From: an uncultured Prevotella sp.
Lineage (GTDB): Bacteria; Bacteroidota; Bacteroidia; Bacteroidales; Bacteroidaceae
Direction: 5' to 3'
DNA: 64,000 nt
Assembly (NCBI GenBank): GCA_900554835.1
Contig: USJD01000001.1
Coordinates: forward strand, 24,758-88,757
The position numbers and the translations under genes are program-made. The notes beneath the pieces were generated by a model. That model was not told the origin of the DNA. It saw only the letters and a program-made list of their open reading frames with translations, and did no database searches. Below are positions 18,015 through 26,161 of this stretch, in pieces. Numbering within the stretch: the first letter of the stretch is position 1; each line of letters starts with the position of its first letter.

Positions 18015-18533
18015 TTAAGCTATTTTCATGCGCTTTGCCATAGCTTTGCGATACGGTTCAAACTCTGCAACCTCATCATAATTAATATCATTAAGAATTT
18101 GCATACGTTCATTTTCTGTTAAAATTCTTGTCACTCTAATACGGTCTGTGATTACCCAAAGTCTATTTCCAGATTCTCTAAAATTATAGAACCCGCCATC
18201 AGGCAATCTATCCACAAAACACTTTTTCGGAAGCTGCTCGACAACAGAAGTATAATCAACATCGGCAACATATTCTACCTCGCACCAAACTCTACGGAAA
18301 CGTTTCCCTCTCTGACTTTTATAAGTTCCATCTGCAGACATAAGCCAAGGGGCAGAAGGGATGGTAGCACCCAAATGCCAGCCGGGTCTATGTGCAAAGC
18401 CCGGATGATGATCAATAATCTCAGCCATAACCCATTCATTCATAGGGGTTTCCTCAGTTTTTCCAATAAAAAGAGGGAACAACTTATTGTCATCCCTCAT
18501 CTCAAACAATTTATATCCTTTTTTAATTTCCAT
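18015..18533 (-). CDS. hypothetical protein (172 aa)
   Basis: ORF track. Confidence 0.6.
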   Translation of the reverse strand: MEIKKGYKLFEMRDDNKLFPLFIGKTEETPMNEWVMAEIIDHHPGFAHRPGWHLGATIPSAPWLMSADGTYKSQRGKRFRRVWCEVEYVADVDYTSVVEQLPKKCFVDRLPDGGFYNFRESGNRLWVITDRIRVTRILTENERMQILNDINYDEVAEFEPYRKAMAKRMKIA

Positions 18534-18556
18534 TTTAAATCTCCTTTTTATTAATC

Positions 18557-18748
18557 TTAAAATGTTCCATTAGAGTCAAATTCTTTATATAACTCTGATA
18601 GTGCAAAGATCCTTGCATCAAAAAGGTTCAACACATCTTTGTGCTCATACCCATTCTTCTGGATATACGCAGTTTTCAATTCTTTTTCCTTTTCAATTTT
18701 TGTATCAATAATAGAATAAATCTCATATTGTGAAAATTTCTTTTCCAT
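18557..18748 (-). CDS. hypothetical protein (63 aa)
   Basis: ORF track. Confidence 0.5.
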   Translation of the reverse strand: MEKKFSQYEIYSIIDTKIEKEKELKTAYIQKNGYEHKDVLNLFDARIFALSELYKEFDSNGTF

Positions 18749-18800
18749 TTTAAATCTCCTTTATATTATATCTACTAAAGGACACAAAAAACGAGCATTT

Positions 18801-19025
18801 TCAATTTAAACGCAGAATAGGAAATCTATCTCTATCTGTATAATATTCGCTTATACACCAAGGATTTTCCCGACTCACAATCCATTCAACTGAACTGCCC
18901 TTAAATCTCTTTTTGGCTATTCTCACTGCGCTACTCTTGTGAAGATATTCTTCCATTGTCACACCAGCGGCATAACACTTCCCATTTTCATCAAATCTCT
19001 TAAACCAAATGCGCCACTTTTCCAT
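18801..19025 (-). CDS. hypothetical protein (74 aa)
   Basis: ORF track. Confidence 0.5.
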   Translation of the reverse strand: MEKWRIWFKRFDENGKCYAAGVTMEEYLHKSSAVRIAKKRFKGSSVEWIVSRENPWCISEYYTDRDRFPILRLN

Positions 19026-19027
19026 TT

Positions 19028-19288
19028 TTATTCTTCCTCATAATTAATTTCGAAATCTTCTTTATTCCAAATATGCTTTTTAGTCCAATCTACTCTATGT
19101 GGGTCTCCATAAAGAAATGCATTCATTTGTTCATTCACAATATCAGCACTTGCGCAACAAAGATCGATTTCAATCCCATCAGGTCTTCTTATATACAAAA
19201 AGATTTCAGGATAATCTTTCGGGTCTCCCCCAATTTCTGCACAAAGCATACCAAAAGGTGTTTCGACTTCAAGAGTTTTCTTTTCCAT
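19028..19288 (-). CDS. hypothetical protein (start trimmed)
   Basis: ORF 19028..19303 trimmed to MEKKTLEV after GAGGAG. Confidence 0.5.
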   Translation of the reverse strand: MEKKTLEVETPFGMLCAEIGGDPKDYPEIFLYIRRPDGIEIDLCCASADIVNEQMNAFLYGDPHRVDWTKKHIWNKEDFEINYEEE

Positions 19289-19299
19289 TTTATATCTCC

Positions 19300-19662
19300 T
19301 CATTTCTGCAAAATCTTTGCAAATTCATAATATTTCTTCCATGATTTCTTAGGAAGATCTTTTTTAAGGTCAATCATTTCTTTAAGAATTTTCCAATTTC
19401 TCTTTATTTTACGAAATGGCTTCCAAATAATGTTCTTCATCTCACACAGCCAACAAACTTCTGTAGATAGGCTATCATAACCATCAAGTGTATAAAAATA
19501 CTCCGTATACACGACATTTAGTTTGTGCCACTTTCCGCATTCGCTACACTTATAATCCCAAGTACTCCACTCACGAGAGTTCTGTGGAAGTTCTGTATAG
19601 AAGTAATCATATTCATCATATTCAGCTCCCTCAGTTACAGGAATTCTCCACCAGTTTTTCAT
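19300..19662 (-). CDS. hypothetical protein (120 aa)
   Basis: ORF track; CSECG..CWLC. Confidence 0.55.
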   Translation of the reverse strand: MKNWWRIPVTEGAEYDEYDYFYTELPQNSREWSTWDYKCSECGKWHKLNVVYTEYFYTLDGYDSLSTEVCWLCEMKNIIWKPFRKIKRNWKILKEMIDLKKDLPKKSWKKYYEFAKILQK

Positions 19663-19673
19663 AATTAATCTCC

Positions 19674-19925
19674 TTAATTATAAATGATTCCAATTTTCAT
19701 ATATGTCGTATCAATTCTATCATTAAATCTATTAAAAATTACTGCAATGCCTTCCTCTTCATCAATGAATGCATTAGTATCCCAGCCATTCTCTTCCTTA
19801 TCAATACGGACTTCTTCATTAAATGAATCTCTAAGAAATTTCTGCGCTTGCTTAAAAGTTTCAAACAAATATACTGGAATTTCAGCATCAAACGAATATT
19901 CGAATATTACCGCATAGTTTTTCAT
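19674..19925 (-). CDS. hypothetical protein (83 aa)
   Basis: ORF track. Confidence 0.55.
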   Translation of the reverse strand: MKNYAVIFEYSFDAEIPVYLFETFKQAQKFLRDSFNEEVRIDKEENGWDTNAFIDEEEGIAVIFNRFNDRIDTTYMKIGIIYN

Positions 19926-19927
19926 GA

Positions 19928-20080
19928 TTAATCCCCCTTGAGCAATTCTGTAACAAGTTTAATTACATAGTCATTTGCCTGATCTATGTTGTCACAATAG
20001 ATTCCAATTTCCTGATATGTTTCATCATCACTAATTTTAATAAATCTTCCGTCTTTGCTTGAGATATCAATGTGTTTCAT
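19928..20080 (-). CDS. small hypothetical protein (50 aa; not in ORF track)
   Basis: Own translation MKHIDISSKDGRF..ELLKGD fills the gap exactly between its neighbours. Confidence 0.4.
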   Translation of the reverse strand: MKHIDISSKDGRFIKISDDETYQEIGIYCDNIDQANDYVIKLVTELLKGD

Positions 20081-20082
20081 AA

Positions 20083-20469
20083 TTATCCTCCCTTTTCATT
20101 TACAAGTGTTATTCCAGATAACAATTTGTAGCTCGATGCCTTTCTTTGGGGTATGGGTATTTTATTCTGATGTGCAAAGAATTTAATGTCGCTTCTATAT
20201 TCTAGCAATGTTTTGGTAAGTTTGATAATTTTTGCTGTTTGCGCGGCATTCAAATCTGCCATACCAATAAGATGGTACAAATCGCTTGTAACAAATTTAT
20301 CCATTTTTCCTTGCGCTTCCCGACAAGAAGAAATAGTCAAGTTGATCTGCTCAATCATCATTTTGCTGATGTCTTGTGAGTACAGATTGTACCAAGATAA
20401 AGCGGATTCACATTGATTAATTTGATTGGCAAGGGTTTGAACTATCATCTGATAATCTGAATCTTTCAT
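20083..20469 (-). CDS. hypothetical protein (128 aa)
   Basis: ORF track. Confidence 0.55.
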   Translation of the reverse strand: MKDSDYQMIVQTLANQINQCESALSWYNLYSQDISKMMIEQINLTISSCREAQGKMDKFVTSDLYHLIGMADLNAAQTAKIIKLTKTLLEYRSDIKFFAHQNKIPIPQRKASSYKLLSGITLVNEKGG

Positions 20470-20481
20470 AATTAAATCCCT

Positions 20482-20865
20482 TTATATAATCTCTTCGATC
20501 CACCGTCTATTATCGTCTGTCACTTCAACACACACAGTTTCCTTAAGTTTGTTATAAGCATACTCGCTCCACTCTTTAAACTGCCTTGCGATTGCCTTCT
20601 GATTTTCTCTTACATCGTAAATATCATCAGAAATCATATCTAATTCTACAGCTTGATTGCATCCACCCCCATAATAACCATAGCAGAGTACCCCGCCCTC
20701 TTCATCAAACAGTTGCGTGATTTTTATACCATACCAGCCCGTAGGGTCAGGGATATCGTCTTCACACTGTTTTGAGTCATATGTGAAATCAAATAACGTA
20801 TCCCAAGGTGCAGAAGCTATTGCGTCTGCAAACTGATCTACTGTCATGTAAATATATTTATCCAT
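20482..20865 (-). CDS. hypothetical protein (127 aa)
   Basis: ORF track. Confidence 0.55.
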   Translation of the reverse strand: MDKYIYMTVDQFADAIASAPWDTLFDFTYDSKQCEDDIPDPTGWYGIKITQLFDEEGGVLCYGYYGGGCNQAVELDMISDDIYDVRENQKAIARQFKEWSEYAYNKLKETVCVEVTDDNRRWIEEII

Positions 20866-20866
20866 T

Positions 20867-21019
20867 TCAATTCCTCCTAATTTTTCTTAGCGCATAATCC
20901 ATAATCTTACAATATTCTTCATTAGTGATTGCATCATCAAACGCTGCACGTTCTTCAACAATTTCCGTTAACTCATCAATGTCTGTTGAGTTATCAATTT
21001 GTTTAATATAATATTCCAT
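20867..21019 (-). CDS. small hypothetical protein (50 aa; not in ORF track)
   Basis: Own translation MEYYIKQIDNSTDIDEL..RKIRRN fills the gap. Confidence 0.4.
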   Translation of the reverse strand: MEYYIKQIDNSTDIDELTEIVEERAAFDDAITNEEYCKIMDYALRKIRRN

Positions 21020-21027
21020 CCTACACC

Positions 21028-21285
21028 TCAGCTAAACCAGCAATTATACTTTTCCGCAATATCATTTACCTCCTCAAAAGAAGCAGCAGAACCATAAAGT
21101 CGCTGACACCATTTATTAGTTTCCTTCTCTAAATTTTCATAATCATTTTGAGGGTTATCATTCTTCCACATGTCCCATACAAAATCACAAATCTTTGCTG
21201 TTACAAAACAAGTATCTTCATCCCATATAAGAACAACCGGCACCCCAGTAACAGGGCACTGAAAATCAGCGCTTGTATAAATCAT
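21028..21285 (-). CDS. hypothetical protein (85 aa)
   Basis: ORF track. Confidence 0.5.
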   Translation of the reverse strand: MIYTSADFQCPVTGVPVVLIWDEDTCFVTAKICDFVWDMWKNDNPQNDYENLEKETNKWCQRLYGSAASFEEVNDIAEKYNCWFS

Positions 21286-21515
21286 TTTATCACCTTCGTG
21301 CGACGGAATATATCACGTCCCATTACTATAATTGTTCCCTTTTCCACATCTCTAAGTTTCTTCTTAAAAAGCATATCATCATAGTCCATTATATCAATGC
21401 CCTCCAAAGGACTTTCCATAGTGCTTACCCATTTCAGGCAACACTCCTTAAGCTTACTAGTCAGTTCTTTCTTGGAAACTGAATTTCCATTCACAAAATA
21501 CTGATATTTATTCAT
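21282..21515 (-). CDS. hypothetical protein (start trimmed)
   Basis: ORF 21282..21578 trimmed to MNKYQYFVNG; the upstream part belongs to another small ORF in a different frame. Confidence 0.5.
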   Translation of the reverse strand: MNKYQYFVNGNSVSKKELTSKLKECCLKWVSTMESPLEGIDIMDYDDMLFKKKLRDVEKGTIIVMGRDIFRRTKVIK

Positions 21516-21516
21516 T

Positions 21517-21648
21517 TTATTTCTGTTTCCTCCATACATTATAATAATAACCAGCATCCATGATGGTGTACCCACCATCTATTTTAACAACAATCTCATC
21601 CCCTCTGGCATGTTTCTTAGCCTGATATCTGGTTTTATAAATAAGCAT
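21517..21648 (-). CDS. small hypothetical protein (43 aa; not in ORF track)
   Basis: Own translation MLIYKTRYQAKKHARGDEIVVKIDGGYTIMDAGYYYNVWRKQK. Confidence 0.35.
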   Translation of the reverse strand: MLIYKTRYQAKKHARGDEIVVKIDGGYTIMDAGYYYNVWRKQK

Positions 21649-21770
21649 TATTCTCTTCCTTTCAAGATTTCAATAATATGAGAAATGTCAAGGTCATCAA
21701 TCTCTTCATTTGCATCATATTTATCAATAAGCTCTCTACAAAATTCAATTGCTTTATCTACATTAGTCAT
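21648..21770 (-). CDS. small hypothetical protein (40 aa; not in ORF track)
   Basis: Own translation MTNVDKAIEFCRELIDKYDANEE..; its stop overlaps the next ATG. Confidence 0.35.
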   Translation of the reverse strand: MTNVDKAIEFCRELIDKYDANEEIDDLDISHIIEILKGRE

Positions 21771-21782
21771 TTCTTTTCCTCC

Positions 21783-22475
21783 CTAAATTAAATTGTCTTC
21801 AAGCACAAGTACATTGACTTTCTTACTGTAGGCAGTACAGGCATCGATACAAATGATATCGTTATCAATATACGGCTCAAAATTAGCACCCTCACCCCAT
21901 TCAGGAGTTCCATATGCTCTATGGTTTGCATAGCTGCAATGCCAATGCCCTACAACTATCTGTTTCCCTCCTACGGTGTAATACTCAGACTCAGCAAATC
22001 CATTAAGCCATCTTGCCTTTTCCCATTCAGCATAAGATGCATTACGCCAATCCTCCAAGAAGGGAATATATCCATGAGTGAAGATGTAATGCTGGGTTTC
22101 AAAATAATCCACCATAATATCAAGCATCGGTTTCATTTTGAAATACGCAACAGAACATGCCACTCTAAAGCTCTCCGTATTAGGAGCAAGATCAAGCACT
22201 GTTTGATAAGTTCCATTGTGGAAATCATTTAAATGCGGAGATCCTCTCTGCATCATATCAAGCATGAGAGATTCATGATTACCTCGCACCAAAACCTTAT
22301 TGGGAAGTTCCATCAGATAATCAATCATTTCTGCAGGTTTAGGCCCTCTGTCAACTGTATCTCCACAATGTATAAGCATGTGATTAGGATTCTCTTTATC
22401 AAATCCTGCTTCATCCAATGCCTTAATCATTTCATCAAAGTATGAATGAGTATCGCTCACTACAAAAAGTTTCAT
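21783..22475 (-). CDS. calcineurin-like Ser/Thr metallophosphatase
   Basis: 230 aa; motifs VVSDTH, GDTVDRG, RGNHE, THGY, VGHWH. Confidence 0.8.
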   Translation of the reverse strand: MKLFVVSDTHSYFDEMIKALDEAGFDKENPNHMLIHCGDTVDRGPKPAEMIDYLMELPNKVLVRGNHESLMLDMMQRGSPHLNDFHNGTYQTVLDLAPNTESFRVACSVAYFKMKPMLDIMVDYFETQHYIFTHGYIPFLEDWRNASYAEWEKARWLNGFAESEYYTVGGKQIVVGHWHCSYANHRAYGTPEWGEGANFEPYIDNDIICIDACTAYSKKVNVLVLEDNLI

Positions 22476-22670
22476 TTACACTCTCCCATAATCATAAATC
22501 TGAGCTTTATTTCTGCCACAGTCAATATCTGCCACAAGTCTGCTCTCTGCATCAAACATTTTATAATTGGTTCCCTTATGTTTTGTTTCCGCTACATCAA
22601 TTCCCATTCTATGGAGCTGGCTTTTAACCAGCTCATAACCACATAAATTTAATATCGTTATCTTTCTCAT
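22476..22670 (-). CDS. hypothetical protein (start trimmed)
   Basis: ORF 22476..22685 trimmed to MRKITILN after GGAGGTG. Confidence 0.5.
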   Translation of the reverse strand: MRKITILNLCGYELVKSQLHRMGIDVAETKHKGTNYKMFDAESRLVADIDCGRNKAQIYDYGRV

Positions 22671-22688
22671 TACATACACCTCCAAATT

Positions 22689-23372
22689 TTAATGCTGAAT
22701 AAACTTGACTGCCTTTACATTTTTCTTCCAGCACTTCTGACAGATACTGCAAGTTATCAGCTTGTCTTTCTGATTCGGACAACCAGTGATTCCCTTCGGG
22801 AATTCAGGATTAAGAGTCTTATCAGTAAAATCTACATAAGCCACAGGTAGATTGTGAGGGTTCTCTACCTTCCAGCCCAGATGCCAAGCAGAAAACATTA
22901 CATTGAAATTATCTGGTAGCTTTCCATGCTTATCAAGCCAATCATTTACAATGTAATACTTCTTAGTAAATGCCATAAACTTAATCTTCGGGAACTCCAG
23001 AGCCAGATTTACCATTCCCTCAAAAAAAGCTGCATCAGGAATATCTCCGCTATCGTACCATCTGAACAGCGGGAACGGACGATGCTCAAGCTTAAACTTA
23101 ACCTGTGCCCAAAAGTCTTCAGGATTTTCATTATAAAGTCTCAGATTCCTTGTATATGCGCCAACCACAGTAGCCATATTCTGCGTCCCTTTCATGCAGT
23201 AGCATCCTGTTGCCTTACAAGGTGCGTCCTCTCTGCAAGTACTAGTAGGAAATGCAAGTGTATTGCACATAGGGCCTGTCTTAGAATTGTGACAACTAAG
23301 ATTAATCTCATTTGTCTTACAAGCAAGTTCCCAAATATATTCATCTCTCGGTATCATTATTTTCTCTTCCAT
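22689..23372 (-). CDS. hypothetical Cys-rich protein (227 aa)
   Basis: ORF track; GAAGGAG RBS; multiple Cys clusters; family not recognised with confidence. Confidence 0.55.
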   Translation of the reverse strand: MEEKIMIPRDEYIWELACKTNEINLSCHNSKTGPMCNTLAFPTSTCREDAPCKATGCYCMKGTQNMATVVGAYTRNLRLYNENPEDFWAQVKFKLEHRPFPLFRWYDSGDIPDAAFFEGMVNLALEFPKIKFMAFTKKYYIVNDWLDKHGKLPDNFNVMFSAWHLGWKVENPHNLPVAYVDFTDKTLNPEFPKGITGCPNQKDKLITCSICQKCWKKNVKAVKFIQH

Positions 23373-23395
23373 TTTATTATCTCCTTCATATTACA

Positions 23396-23410
23396 TTAAT
23401 TTTGTATTGT
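23396..23410 (-). promoter_or_regulatory. 15-nt motif ACAATACAAAATTAA
   Basis: Immediately after the stop of 23411..23713 and 24 nt before the ATG at 23372. Confidence 0.5.
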
Positions 23411-23713
23411 TTACTTTACCTCTAATTCATCAATCCATACCTGATGAATTGTGTGATATTCATCGCTTCCATATGACATTTCAAAATAAATTTCATCATC
23501 TTCTATATAAAGAGCTGCCACATCTCCCTCTGGATAAAGCTCTTTATCACCATATTTTTCAATCTCTTCTGAGAAAATATTTTTGTAAAATGCTACCTCC
23601 TTTTCTTTTTGCTTTATTGCATCCTGTTTATTTGAATAACACCCATTTTGGTGTAAATTTACATTAAAATCATAATCATATTGGGACATTGACATTACGT
23701 TATAAACTTTCAT
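23411..23713 (-). CDS. hypothetical protein (100 aa)
   Basis: ORF track. Confidence 0.55.
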   Translation of the reverse strand: MKVYNVMSMSQYDYDFNVNLHQNGCYSNKQDAIKQKEKEVAFYKNIFSEEIEKYGDKELYPEGDVAALYIEDDEIYFEMSYGSDEYHTIHQVWIDELEVK

Positions 23714-24204
23714 TACTCTTCCTCCTTAAAAAATACATCTTCATATCCAAGAGCACATAGCTCCTCATCCTCAAAGCCAATATCGTGAAGCTCATCCTTT
23801 ACAGAATCAGTTTCAGTAAAAATCAATGCATAATTAATTGTACTCTGTAGAAGTGAGATTGCCCTCTGGTAACTTAGATCTCCAAATTCTGCGGAAAGCC
23901 AAATTTCTCTCTGCATATACATAAGGATATCATTTGACTCAAACTCAGCAAGTTCTCTTGCACACTCACAAACTCCCTTTTCAACATCTCTACCTACAAG
24001 GAGAATCTTATTCTCTGCTTCTGCCTTATTATGACTCTCATCTATATGCTGTATCTGTTTATTGAACCATTCAGTATCTTTTAGAGTTTCCTGTCCACAC
24101 TCAATCATATAGCCGATTGCTGCACGAAAAATAACATCCCATGCAGAAGTATATTTGCGACGAATATCATCGATTGCCTTTTTGGTTTCTGTATAATTAT
24201 TCAT
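23713..24204 (-). CDS. hypothetical protein (163 aa)
   Basis: ORF track. Confidence 0.55.
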   Translation of the reverse strand: MNNYTETKKAIDDIRRKYTSAWDVIFRAAIGYMIECGQETLKDTEWFNKQIQHIDESHNKAEAENKILLVGRDVEKGVCECARELAEFESNDILMYMQREIWLSAEFGDLSYQRAISLLQSTINYALIFTETDSVKDELHDIGFEDEELCALGYEDVFFKEEE

Positions 24205-24420
24205 TTATTCATCCTCCTCATCAATTTCTATATTAAATTCAATATGAATACATTTCTTTTTCTCGTCATACCATATATCCATACCCCCAATTTCATAATT
24301 TTCCCACTCAGAATATTCTTCCTCTGAAATATTGAATGTTTTTTCGCTATTGCAATCAAATATTGAGAACTCTACATTATCAAGAGAACAACAAGCACTT
24401 ATAAAATCATAAATTGTCAT
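24205..24420 (-). CDS. hypothetical acidic protein (71 aa)
   Basis: ORF track; D/E-rich. Confidence 0.5.
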   Translation of the reverse strand: MTIYDFISACCSLDNVEFSIFDCNSEKTFNISEEEYSEWENYEIGGMDIWYDEKKKCIHIEFNIEIDEEDE

Positions 24421-24639
24421 TTACTCATCCTCCTCTGTTGTAATATATTTGATATAATCTTCATCTTCATCGTCCCATAATTCAAACCAATCATATGGGT
24501 CTCCGCAACTGCTTCTAAATTCCGTTATCTTATGCCTTTCAACTACTTTTTTTGCAAGAGATTCCATATCCGGTTTATCACCTTTATTTAGCTCATCATA
24601 CACATCATTGTCTTTGTCATATCCCATTAAATGTATCAT
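24421..24639 (-). CDS. hypothetical acidic protein (72 aa)
   Basis: ORF track; D/E-rich. Confidence 0.5.
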   Translation of the reverse strand: MIHLMGYDKDNDVYDELNKGDKPDMESLAKKVVERHKITEFRSSCGDPYDWFELWDDEDEDYIKYITTEEDE

Positions 24640-25293
24640 TTACATTTCCTCCTCATCGTCTTCTGTAATATACTCTACTCGAATTGCAACAATCTTCCCC
24701 TCATCATTATGTGCAGTCCAACAATCATAGCCTCCGTCTCCGTAGCCCGAAGAAGATACAAATCCAAGACCATCAATAGTGTTTCCATCACTAATTTGAA
24801 TCGTTGGCCAGTTTACATTTGCGTTTCTGCTCCATTCGCTGTATCTTTCAAACTGTTCAACCATATTTTCGGCATCATAATTCCAAACAAACTTTACATA
24901 ATTTGGATTTTTCTTAGTCGTTACAGTAAGTTCGCATACTTCCCAATACCAAGCTTTATTTACATGTTCAATTTCACTACTGTCACTATGATATTTTTTA
25001 TAATATTCATAATCAAAGATACCAGCCTGACCACTATCAACGCCAACCTCAAAGTTCTCCTTGCTGTATTCAAGGGATTTCTTGACATAATCTTCATGCA
25101 CAACCTGAATTGCAGAAACTCGATTACCCCATTCACCTTCATCAGAAGTTTCTACCGTACACTTATAGTTGCCTTTGAGTACATTATCAATCACACCTTG
25201 ACACCAAGTATTCATTCCATAACATGGATCAGAAACCATTATCTTATCACCAAGAGCAATAAAACCTTTGTCATTAATTTCAATATTATTCAT
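24640..25293 (-). CDS. hypothetical protein (217 aa), possibly DUF4241-like
   Basis: ORF track; VSDPCY.., VGVDSGQAGIFD, SSGYGDGGY patterns. The family assignment is from memory only. Confidence 0.45.
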   Translation of the reverse strand: MNNIEINDKGFIALGDKIMVSDPCYGMNTWCQGVIDNVLKGNYKCTVETSDEGEWGNRVSAIQVVHEDYVKKSLEYSKENFEVGVDSGQAGIFDYEYYKKYHSDSSEIEHVNKAWYWEVCELTVTTKKNPNYVKFVWNYDAENMVEQFERYSEWSRNANVNWPTIQISDGNTIDGLGFVSSSGYGDGGYDCWTAHNDEGKIVAIRVEYITEDDEEEM

Positions 25294-25605
25294 TTACATT
25301 TCCTCCTTAATATTCATTGTTTTATCTGGCGGAATTGCATTTCCGTCTTCATCTTCGTCGCCTTCAACCCACCAAGACTCCCACATATTGTAGGTTTCGC
25401 TCAATCTCTCTACCATAAACTCTTCGCAGCAAGAGTCTTCTACATAATCTCTATATTCTCCCTCTTCCATATCCTCGGTACTGTGCCATTCAAGATAATA
25501 TTCATCAAGCATATCAAGAATTTCCTTTTCAAGACTCTTGTATGCATCATCCCACTCTATACATAATTCTCTTTCAAAACAATTTACCCAATATCTTGTT
25601 ATCAT
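25294..25605 (-). CDS. hypothetical highly acidic protein (103 aa)
   Basis: ORF track; AAGGAG RBS directly after structured unit 1. Confidence 0.55.
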   Translation of the reverse strand: MITRYWVNCFERELCIEWDDAYKSLEKEILDMLDEYYLEWHSTEDMEEGEYRDYVEDSCCEEFMVERLSETYNMWESWWVEGDEDEDGNAIPPDKTMNIKEEM

Positions 25606-25639
25606 TTAACATCACTCCTTAATATTTTTATGTTATATA

Positions 25640-25806
25640 CTCATGAACTTTGTAAGCTTCCTTTATCAGTTTCATATAATGCTGCGGAAGATGAGGACAA
25701 GGATTACGATGACCTGTGATAGCAGGTCATAGTGATCGTATGCCTCATATTTCGGCAGCATAATTGAAGTTTAGTTCCCTTGTATATAATGGCGCTTATA
25801 CCATTT
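25640..25806. ncRNA. structured RNA-like unit 1 (novel family, array 1)
   Basis: Left box TTCCTTTATCAGTTTCATATAAT; 80-nt imperfect hairpin 25681-25760 with apical GACCTG-TGATAG-CAGGTC; right box TAATTGAAG..CCCTTGTA; small hairpin. Confidence 0.6.
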
Positions 25807-25986
25807 TACGCACTCAATAATTTTGTAAGCTCTCTTTAATGGCTTCATATAATACGACAGTATCCTGAATGGATGCGCCGAGTGCCCCGTCTGATAGGAC
25901 GGGGTGATCGTATCCATCTATTCAGGACTTACTGCCGTAGCATTGAATTGAATTACCTTGTGCATATTGGTGCTTATACCAAAATG
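25807..25986. ncRNA. structured RNA-like unit 2
   Basis: Left box CTCTTTAATGGCTTCATATAAT; hairpin 25854-25942 with apical CCCCGTC-TGATAG-GACGGGG; right box TTGAATTGAATTACCTTGTG; small hairpin TTGGT..ACCAA. Confidence 0.6.
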
Positions 25987-26160
25987 TACTCTGCATTTCC
26001 GTAGATATTTCTTTAACTGTTTCATATTCTGATCCTTCTGGAATTAGGATACAGCGATCGGCAGTGGCGATAGCCCTGCGGTTAGCTGTATCTTTATTCT
26101 TATGAAGGATCATAATTGAATTGAAATACCTTGTACATTGGCAGTATCTATCTGCATTTA
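25987..26160. ncRNA. structured RNA-like unit 3
   Basis: Left box ATTTCTTTAACTGTTTCATATTC; hairpin 26030-26112 with apical GGC-GATA-GCC; right box TAATTGAATTGAAATACCTTGTA; ends 1 nt before the stop codon of 26162..27100. Confidence 0.6.
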
Positions 26161-26161
26161 A

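Noticed and set aside
24631-25566. 311-aa ORF on the + strand
   Set aside because: It lies antisense to three well-supported - strand genes. Its composition is low-complexity and Ile/Phe/Asn-rich, typical of the reverse frame of AT-rich coding DNA. It has no RBS.
25848-25853. + strand TATAAT inside the left box of units 1-2 as promoters for individual + strand RNAs
   Set aside because: The aligned -35 positions (GTAAGC, TAGATA, GACATG, GGTACA, GACGTA) do not resemble TTGACA, and the nearest TTGTAA is 19 nt away. It is probably just part of the conserved box.
25922-26113. 63-aa - strand ORF inside structured units 2-3 (and the analogous ORF 27887..28072 in units 5-6)
   Set aside because: These ORFs run through the variable hairpins, have no RBS, and are not conserved between units at the protein level. 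The RNA-like architecture explains the sequence better.
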